Virus record (IMG/VR): IMGVR_UViG_3300035698_029839
Span: 1-64,000 of that record
DNA length: 64,000 nt
Strand: one strand, 5' to 3'
A program made the position numbers and the translations under genes. The notes under the pieces were generated by a model that searched no databases, had not been told where the DNA came from, and saw only the letters and a program-made list of their open reading frames with translations. This document shows, one piece after another, positions 39,547-46,820 of this stretch; the first letter of the stretch is position 1, and each line of letters begins with the position of its first letter.

Positions 39547-40245
39547 ATGGCAGAATATGTTCAGTGGGGTTCAGTCCCAAAAAGTGGTAATGGTGGAGAA
39601 AGAGGAGAATTTCTTAAGTTAAAGACAGGTAACACCTATCGTATCCGTCCTGTTTTTGATCCTCTGAAGTTCTATAAGTATTTTCACAAAAATGATAAAA
39701 GGTTGAGAACAGCTATCTGTGCAAAACCAGATATTTGTCCTGTTAGAGATAGGCATCCAGAGCTTAAAAAGCCTTCTATGCGTTACGCGGCTTATGTTAT
39801 TGATCGAGAAGATGGTAAGGTTAAAATTCTTGAAGCACCTCAGTCTGTATTCCGTCCAATCGGAAGTAGTTTTGAAGCTACAGGTAAAAATCCTGGAAGT
39901 GGTGCTGATGGTAGCGATTGGCAGATCAAGGTAACGGGTACAGGGTTGAATACTACTTATGATGTAGCATTTGCAGGTAATACTCCTCTTACTCAAGAAG
40001 AAAGAGCTTCTATAAAAGAGGCATTAGACGGAGATATGAAGAGACTTGAGAAAATTTACAAAAACGATACTTCAGAAGAGATCGAAGAAAAGCTGTTTGG
40101 AGATCCTGATAAGGCATCTAGCACTTCATCTAATGATGTTAGTTTTGGTAATTCACCTATTGAGCCTGTTGCCGCTGTTGAGCCTGTTGCCGCTGTTGAG
40201 AAACCAACAGAAAGTTCTGATAGCGATTGGGAAAATAACTTTTAA
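39547..40245 (+). CDS. Single-stranded DNA-binding protein (gp32-like)
   Basis: FLKLK.G...RIRP, CPV, YVIDREDG.VKIL, D..I..TG.GLNT.Y; acidic tail ending SDWENNF; precedes recA. Confidence 0.7.
   Translation: MAEYVQWGSVPKSGNGGERGEFLKLKTGNTYRIRPVFDPLKFYKYFHKNDKRLRTAICAKPDICPVRDRHPELKKPSMRYAAYVIDREDGKVKILEAPQSVFRPIGSSFEATGKNPGSGADGSDWQIKVTGTGLNTTYDVAFAGNTPLTQEERASIKEALDGDMKRLEKIYKNDTSEEIEEKLFGDPDKASSTSSNDVSFGNSPIEPVAAVEPVAAVEKPTESSDSDWENNF
40160..40200 (+). repeat. 18-bp tandem duplication (EPVAAV)
   Basis: TTGAGCCTGTTGCCGCTG twice plus a partial copy. Confidence 0.85.
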
Positions 40246-40259
40246 GAGGGGGTGTTATT

Positions 40260-41420
40260 ATGGCAAAAGGTAAAAGTAACAAAGGGAATAGTGATGATAT
40301 ATTTAAGGGACTAGGTGGTTTTTGCCGTTTGGGGGCCAGGGAATCAAGCCCTGGCAACATCCCCACTGGTCACTTTAATTTAGATTTTATTATTCAGTAC
40401 GGAATGCATCCATCAAAAGTTGACTTAAATAAGGTCGAAGGATATGATCCTGCAAAAACTATAGGAATACCATTAGGGAAATTGGTTGAAATTTTTGGTG
40501 AAGAGGGTAGTGGTAAATCTTCTTTAGCTTATCGTGTTGCAGGATATGCTCAAAAATTAGGACATGAAGTTGTTTGGATTGATGTGGAGCACTCGTTTCA
40601 AGAAAATTTAGCTTATATAAACGGCTGCGACATTGACCAGCTTCATCTTGCTAATATGGTTAATGCAGAAAATCCAGAAGAGGATATTTATGCAGAGGAT
40701 GTAATTGATGCTATGATAGAACTTATGAAACAGGGTGCTGGAGTTATAATTTTAGATTCTGTTGCTAATTTGATTCCTAAGGCACTTTTTGAAGCTTCTA
40801 CAGAAAAAGAATTTATGGGACTGCTTTCAAGATTGTTGAGTAAATCTTTAGGTAAGTTAGTTTCTTATGCTGAGAAATATGGAACGTTGCTTATTTTTAT
40901 TAACCAGTTGAGAGAAAAAATAGGACAAACTTGGGGAGACCCAAGGACAAGTCCAGGAGGTCATTCATTACATCACAATGCATCTCTTCGTCTTAGGATG
41001 GATAAAAGGAATAGCAAGGATGCTGATATTTATGTCCCTGATCCTGAGACAGGTGAAGATATGTTAATAGGTAGGCACTCTAAAGTTTCTCTTGTTAAAA
41101 ATAGATTTGCTAAACCTTATAGAGAGTCTTTGGATGTACCTATTTATTATGAGGCATATTTTCCCGAAATAGATGAAGTAGTTTTTGATACTGGAAGACA
41201 AATAAAACTTATTTCAGTTAGAAAAGGAATTTTTAATTGGGACGGGTTAAAGATCGAAGGCAGAAAAGATTTTATTAAGCATATTAAAAAAGAAAATCTT
41301 ACAGATAAGCTGATTGATGCTATAAAATTAAAGGCATTAGAGAATGATATTATTCTTCCTCCAGAAATTATTTTGTATGGGATGGAAGAAGACAGTGCAG
41401 GTTCTCCTGCGGTGAAATAA
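40260..41420 (+). CDS. recA: RecA recombinase
   Basis: GIPLGKLVEIFGEEGSGKS, IDVEH, IILDSVANL, FINQLREKIG, SPGG..L, VKNRFAKP. Confidence 0.93.
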   Translation: MAKGKSNKGNSDDIFKGLGGFCRLGARESSPGNIPTGHFNLDFIIQYGMHPSKVDLNKVEGYDPAKTIGIPLGKLVEIFGEEGSGKSSLAYRVAGYAQKLGHEVVWIDVEHSFQENLAYINGCDIDQLHLANMVNAENPEEDIYAEDVIDAMIELMKQGAGVIILDSVANLIPKALFEASTEKEFMGLLSRLLSKSLGKLVSYAEKYGTLLIFINQLREKIGQTWGDPRTSPGGHSLHHNASLRLRMDKRNSKDADIYVPDPETGEDMLIGRHSKVSLVKNRFAKPYRESLDVPIYYEAYFPEIDEVVFDTGRQIKLISVRKGIFNWDGLKIEGRKDFIKHIKKENLTDKLIDAIKLKALENDIILPPEIILYGMEEDSAGSPAVK

Positions 41421-42127
41421 TGAATAAATGGGTAAATGGTTTCCCCGAAACTGAAAGATACAAAATTGTTGAAGCAGCTAAGATAACTCTTTCAAAACCA
41501 GAAGGAAAAATTGCTCTTGATTATTTGCTCAATGAGCGAAAATTTTCTCCTGAAATCATTGATAAATTCGATATGGGTTATTGCCCTCTGGACGTAGATC
41601 ATGAAGTAAGAGGCAGAATTATTACTCCTATCTATAGTAGTTATGGAGAGTTAATAGCCATATCAACTCGTCATTTAGATAAGAATCATTCACAAAGATT
41701 TTTACATGAATCTTTTGATAAGGGTTCTTATCTTTATGGCTTGTATTATGCAAAAGAGAATATCCAGAGAATTAATAAAGTTATTATCGTAGAGGGGGAG
41801 TGTGATGTGGCATGTTCTCATACTTTCGGATTTAATATGACTGTTGGGCTGTGTGGTAGCGCTTTCACTCTTTTTCAAATAGCTTTGTTATCTAAATATT
41901 GTACAGATTATTATCTTTTATTTGATGGGGACGAAGCTGGAAGAAAATCTATAGCAAGAGCGATGAAAGATTATGAGAAATATAATTTAGTTTCTTATGG
42001 GTTAAGATTTATTCCTGTTTATCTTCCTAAAGATTGTGATCCTGATGAATTCATAATTGATGGAGGTAAGAAGAATATGAGAAACAAATTAATAACGTCT
42101 AAAGAAGATTGTGGATTTAATATTTAA
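41420..42127 (+). CDS. dnaG: DNA primase catalytic (Toprim) fragment lacking the zinc domain
   Basis: YL..R, RIITPI, YLYGL, IIVEGECDV, FDGDEAG, DPDE. Confidence 0.82.
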   Translation: MNKWVNGFPETERYKIVEAAKITLSKPEGKIALDYLLNERKFSPEIIDKFDMGYCPLDVDHEVRGRIITPIYSSYGELIAISTRHLDKNHSQRFLHESFDKGSYLYGLYYAKENIQRINKVIIVEGECDVACSHTFGFNMTVGLCGSAFTLFQIALLSKYCTDYYLLFDGDEAGRKSIARAMKDYEKYNLVSYGLRFIPVYLPKDCDPDEFIIDGGKKNMRNKLITSKEDCGFNI

Positions 42128-42138
42128 AGGTAAATAAT

Positions 42139-43146
42139 ATGGCAGATAAAACATATACTCCTCAAGAAGTAACATCAGTAATGAATCTAATTGATACTTA
42201 TATTAGATGGAATACAGTTACTAATAGATCAGAAAGAAAATATGATAATTATCATCCTTCTGAATTTGGTAAATGTCTTAGGATGCAACAGTATAAGCAT
42301 TATGCGTGGAAAGGTTTAATTGATGTAAAATATCCAGATCCTGATAGTCAAAAACATAGACTATTTCACAAAGGTCATAATATGCATGATCGTTGGTCTA
42401 AATATTTTGATGATATAGGAGATGTTTTACTTGGGAGATGGAAGTGTAAAAATGCTCTTTGTTATATGTTTGATAATAATGGCCAAATTAAGAAAAATTA
42501 TTCTTTAGAAAAAATATATAAAGATAAGAAAACGAGAATTGCTGAAGGTAAAAATGGTCCAATTTTCCGTCCTAAAAAATGTGTTTGTGGTTGTACCGAT
42601 TTCCAATATTTAGAAACACAAGTATTAGAACCAGAGTTACATATAAAAGGTAATGCTGATATAGTTCTTAATTGCGAGCTTCTTGAAGAAGAAAGATTTA
42701 AAGGCGTTAGAATTTCTTATAATCAGAAATTTTTACCTCTTAAAAATAGTAAAGTTGTTATTGATATGAAAACATGTGGTTCTAATGCGTGGAAAAATCA
42801 AATCATGTCTAAAGGGCCACATAAGGACTATCTTATTCAACTTACAATTTATGCTCATATATTAGGTTGCGATTATGGGATTGTGGCTTATGAGAATAAA
42901 GATAATTCCAAAATGGCATGGTTCCAAGTTCCAAGGAATGATATTTGGTGGGAAATTATTCAAAGTCAAGCTAGAGCAATGATTGAAATGTCAAAAGAGA
43001 GAAAGCTCCCTCCTCCAAAATATGCTTCAAAGAGTAATTATTCTTGCAAATACTGTGATTTCAAAGAACTTTGTTATAAATCGAAGATATGGGATAGTCC
43101 TACGTTAGAAAGTAAAAGAAGAGAATTTTATAAATCATTATTATAA
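42139..43146 (+). CDS. Cas4-like PD-(D/E)XK exonuclease
   Basis: PSEFGKC, GH..H, GNADI, IDMKT, QL..Y, CKYCDFKELC. Confidence 0.8.
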   Translation: MADKTYTPQEVTSVMNLIDTYIRWNTVTNRSERKYDNYHPSEFGKCLRMQQYKHYAWKGLIDVKYPDPDSQKHRLFHKGHNMHDRWSKYFDDIGDVLLGRWKCKNALCYMFDNNGQIKKNYSLEKIYKDKKTRIAEGKNGPIFRPKKCVCGCTDFQYLETQVLEPELHIKGNADIVLNCELLEEERFKGVRISYNQKFLPLKNSKVVIDMKTCGSNAWKNQIMSKGPHKDYLIQLTIYAHILGCDYGIVAYENKDNSKMAWFQVPRNDIWWEIIQSQARAMIEMSKERKLPPPKYASKSNYSCKYCDFKELCYKSKIWDSPTLESKRREFYKSLL

Positions 43147-43215
43147 AGTTTTTTAGGTGAAAATACGATTATATAGTAGTAGTTAAATTTTTATTTTTAT
43201 AAGGAGAATGTTGTC

Positions 43216-43545
43216 ATGATAGAAGGCGCTAATGAAAAGAGCAATACAGTTGATGAGACTTTACTTTTAGTGAGTGGAAGTAAGGGAAGTAAGGATAAAG
43301 ACAAAGATTATGTTAAAAAACTTTCCAATGCTATTTCGCAAGTATATTCGAAACACTCAACAGCTAAGTTGAGATGTGTTGGTGCTGCCTCCCTTAATAA
43401 TGCTATTAAATCTTTTATTATAGCTAGGGGAGAAGCAAAGAAGAATGGAGATAATTTATTGATAAGTCCTAGTTTTACAACTGTCAGTTTTCAAGGTGAA
43501 GAGAAGACTGGTATTGTGCTAGATGTTGTATCTAATAAAGAATAA
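43216..43545 (+). CDS. spoVS: SpoVS-family (Alba-like) protein
   Basis: LSNAI...CVGAASLNNAIKSFIIARG...PSFTTV...GEEKTGI. Confidence 0.8.
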   Translation: MIEGANEKSNTVDETLLLVSGSKGSKDKDKDYVKKLSNAISQVYSKHSTAKLRCVGAASLNNAIKSFIIARGEAKKNGDNLLISPSFTTVSFQGEEKTGIVLDVVSNKE

Positions 43546-43586
43546 TCTTTATTTTAAGTAGAAAAATTTATTTATGAGGTGTTAAA

Positions 43587-44261
43587 ATGTCAGAATACGA
43601 GAATGTTTTTAGACGTAAAGAATTACACGACATGTATACATCAGGAGAGACAAAACCTCTCGATGATTTATACTTGTTAGAAGATGTGGCTTTAACTATT
43701 AAGGAGCTTGATAAGAAAAAAGATTTCTATAAGGATTATAAAAAGAAAAAATCTCAAGATATTAGTGATGCTATTCAGGTCATTGATAATAAGATAAAAT
43801 TTTATAAATATATTATGGTGTCAACTCTTGATAGTAATAATGAGAAAAGCGTTAAATTTCCAGGATCTTGTACCGTTTCTTCAAGGAATCAAAAATCTAA
43901 ATGGGTAGTTAATGATGAAGAAGAATTTATAGCCATATTACAAGAGGCTAAAAAAGCAGGAGAAGAAGTGGACGATGTTCTTGAAGAAGTTATTCAGTAC
44001 AATGTAAGAAAAAGAGAAGCTAGTAAGTTATTGGAAATATGGGAACAAAGTGGGAAATTAGCGGGTTTTCTCAAGAAAGCTAAAAAGGGTTCTGATGATG
44101 TGGTTGTTAAAGAACCATCGAAAAAAACAGTTTCTATTAAGTTTTTAGATATTGAAGAAGGCGAGGACGATAGCTCAGAAGTTGTTCCCGTTCCTATTAA
44201 GAATAACAAGGACAATGCAGTTGTTTCTTCTAGTCCTGATGATTATGATAGTCTAGAATAG
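43587..44261 (+). CDS. Gam/Gp157-like coiled-coil DNA end-binding protein (tentative)
   Basis: Coiled coil followed by KSVKFPG.CTVS.R. Confidence 0.4.
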   Translation: MSEYENVFRRKELHDMYTSGETKPLDDLYLLEDVALTIKELDKKKDFYKDYKKKKSQDISDAIQVIDNKIKFYKYIMVSTLDSNNEKSVKFPGSCTVSSRNQKSKWVVNDEEEFIAILQEAKKAGEEVDDVLEEVIQYNVRKREASKLLEIWEQSGKLAGFLKKAKKGSDDVVVKEPSKKTVSIKFLDIEEGEDDSSEVVPVPIKNNKDNAVVSSSPDDYDSLE

Positions 44262-44263
44262 AT

Positions 44264-46153
44264 ATGAAAGATTTTGAATTTTATAAAACAATTCGTTTTT
44301 CAAGTAATAAAGAAAAGATAGTAAAAGCATTTTCTAAATTACATAATCTATATCATACTATTCCTGATACAAAAGGGTGTTTGGATAACATCAACATAAA
44401 AGGAGCAGGCTGCAAAGCTTGGTGTTGTCGTATCCAAACACCCCAGTTTTTATATTCGGAATTTCTTTTAATTTGGAATTTTGTATCTAAAAATTGGGAT
44501 GATAATGACGTTTGTGATTTATTTGAAAAATGTATGTTAAATGCTGTTAATCCCGTCCCTTCCAAGGGGTGCGTATTTTTTGATGAAGATCTTTGTATGT
44601 GCAGAGTTCATAAAATAAGACCATATAATTGTTTTTTGCCAGAAACATGGGTTTATACAAAAAATGGTCCAAGAAAAATAAAAAGCATACTTACGGGAGA
44701 TGAAGTTTACGGAAAAGATGGAAAACTTTACAAAGTTAAAACAACAGCATCTTCATATCATAATGGGTTAGTATATAATGTGAAATATCAGGGAAATAAA
44801 ATAGATTCGTGGTGCACTGGAGATCATAAATGGTACGTAGATAGCAGAAAGGACAAAAGAAAGAAAGTTAATTTATTATGGGAAAGGGCAGAAAACCTCG
44901 TTAGTAAAAAATGTAAAAATTATGGGAATTATTTATCTATTCCTTATATCTACGAAGATAATGATAATTTAAATGAAATAATAGTAAATGATTTTATAAA
45001 AGCAAAAGAAGAGGGAGGGCGTTTAAAACCATTTACTGGAGGAGAAAACGGGGATGGAGATTTTACAAAATCATTGCCATTTAAAATAAAAATAGATGAA
45101 GAGTTTTTATTTATGATAGGGATATACTTGGCAGAAGGGAGCAGCTCAATTATGTCCGCTTCTTTTTCTATGAACATAAATGAAAAACATCATTTGTTAA
45201 GGATCGAAAAATATATAAATAGTTTAGGTATTTTGTGCTCTTGGCCAAAAATAAATCATAGTAAAAAGCTTATTGTTTTAAGAGTTGGATCTTGTTTATT
45301 TGCTCGTTTAATGACGGAAATAGGAGGAAAACTAGCTAATAAAAAAAAGATTAATAAAAAACTTTTTGGAAAATTTTCTTTTTTACAATTGAAAAAAATA
45401 TATGAAGCATGGAATATGGGGGATGGGAAAAAGAAAATGCCTGAAGGAGAGGCTTCTACTGTTACTGTATCTGAACTTCTGGCATTGCAAATGAATTTTA
45501 TATTAATAGCTAATAATATATTTTCAAGAATTTATAAATATAAAAGAAAAGACAGAGGATTTTGTAGTTATGATGTGCATGTTTTTCCATCTTGCAACGG
45601 ACAAAAAGTAAAAAAAGGACAAGGAACAAAGATAATACAAGCAAATGATAAATTTATAATACCATTGGATGATGTAAAAACTAAATATTATAAAGGACCA
45701 GTAATTGATATTCAAGTTGAAAATGCGGAAAGTTTTATTACTTCTTCAGGTATAGTTCATAATTGTCGAATTTATGGCATAACTCCTGCTGAAGAATTCG
45801 AACCAAGATATTTGCGTTTAAAAGAAGAATATAAAACTATTTTAGGGGCGGTTATTAAGCCACAATGTTCTTTAGTATCTACTATTGATGATATAGGATT
45901 AACAGTAGAAGATACTGATAAGTGGTGGGCCAAACTTGTTAAAATTGAGCAATCTATTGGTATCCCTAAAGATATGGTTACAGATGCTATAGGAGGAAGT
46001 TATAGAACTCCTCATGATCATATTCTGCTTTATAATATGCCAGAAAATGTTCTTAATGCTTTGTCTGGGATAAAAAAATATACAGATGAATTTGAAAAGA
46101 AAAAAAGAATTAGGGAATTAATACAGGTGATTAAAAATGTCTTCAAAAGTTAG
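44264..46153 (+). CDS. YkgJ-family Cys-cluster protein interrupted by a LAGLIDADG intein
   Basis: C...CKAWCC...GCVFF...CRVHKIRPYN|intein|CRIYG. Confidence 0.8.
   Translation: MKDFEFYKTIRFSSNKEKIVKAFSKLHNLYHTIPDTKGCLDNINIKGAGCKAWCCRIQTPQFLYSEFLLIWNFVSKNWDDNDVCDLFEKCMLNAVNPVPSKGCVFFDEDLCMCRVHKIRPYNCFLPETWVYTKNGPRKIKSILTGDEVYGKDGKLYKVKTTASSYHNGLVYNVKYQGNKIDSWCTGDHKWYVDSRKDKRKKVNLLWERAENLVSKKCKNYGNYLSIPYIYEDNDNLNEIIVNDFIKAKEEGGRLKPFTGGENGDGDFTKSLPFKIKIDEEFLFMIGIYLAEGSSSIMSASFSMNINEKHHLLRIEKYINSLGILCSWPKINHSKKLIVLRVGSCLFARLMTEIGGKLANKKKINKKLFGKFSFLQLKKIYEAWNMGDGKKKMPEGEASTVTVSELLALQMNFILIANNIFSRIYKYKRKDRGFCSYDVHVFPSCNGQKVKKGQGTKIIQANDKFIIPLDDVKTKYYKGPVIDIQVENAESFITSSGIVHNCRIYGITPAEEFEPRYLRLKEEYKTILGAVIKPQCSLVSTIDDIGLTVEDTDKWWAKLVKIEQSIGIPKDMVTDAIGGSYRTPHDHILLYNMPENVLNALSGIKKYTDEFEKKKRIRELIQVIKNVFKS
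44630..45763 (+). mobile_element. Intein with LAGLIDADG endonuclease (378 aa)
   Basis: CFLPETWVYT, CTGDHKW, IGIYLAEGS, AWNMGDG, SGIVHN|C. Confidence 0.9.
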
Positions 46154-46502
46154 AGCTAGAATATTAAGTATGACATATGATAAAGAAAACAATCTTTTTC
46201 AATTGTCATTACGTGATCTGGACAGAAATAAGCATATTAATATAGCTATTAAGGGAACAGATTGGGGTGTTGTACCAAATTTTCCAGATGAAGTTATAGA
46301 TCAATTTTGTAAAGAAATGACGGGTAAGGAAAAAAATCTTAATATAGAAACAGAAAAATCTTCCTTGAGGGATGCTAAGAAAGATGATAAGGGGATTGTA
46401 TCTCAGGAAGAAATTAACCGAGTCAATGATAATTTAGAGAAATACCCTATAGATGAAGTTATGAATATTTTACATACAGATTTAGAAAAAGATGAAAATT
46501 AG
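46137..46502 (+). CDS. Hypothetical protein
   Basis: ORF track. Confidence 0.55.
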   Translation: MSSKVRARILSMTYDKENNLFQLSLRDLDRNKHINIAIKGTDWGVVPNFPDEVIDQFCKEMTGKEKNLNIETEKSSLRDAKKDDKGIVSQEEINRVNDNLEKYPIDEVMNILHTDLEKDEN

Positions 46503-46761
46503 ATTTTTCGGTAGCTCCGAATGCCTAGATTGTTTAGAGATTTTTGTTATATTAGAAAAATTTCAGGTTGATTATAATTATATAGATGGCCACGATATAG
46601 ATAATGATGAAGCTTATAATATGTGTGAAGAACAAGATGTAGATGAACTTCCTCACTTACAATTCTTAGATAATGAAAATAATATTATCATAGAGCATGT
46701 CGGGCCAATGATAGAAGAAGAATTTATGATATATCTTAAAGATTATTTTCCTAATTATTGA
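46492..46761 (+). CDS. Glutaredoxin/thioredoxin-like protein
   Basis: FGSSECLDC...VDELPHL...HVG. Confidence 0.7.
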   Translation: MKIRFFGSSECLDCLEIFVILEKFQVDYNYIDGHDIDNDEAYNMCEEQDVDELPHLQFLDNENNIIIEHVGPMIEEEFMIYLKDYFPNY

Positions 46762-46820
46762 AAAGTGATTGTATTCGTATTAGTATAGTAGAATAATTTT
46801 AATTTGAGGAAAGACGTTGT

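Noticed and set aside
42139-43146. Cas4-like gene as evidence of a CRISPR-Cas system
   Set aside because: No array or other cas genes in the window; solo Cas4-like nucleases beside recA are common in phages.
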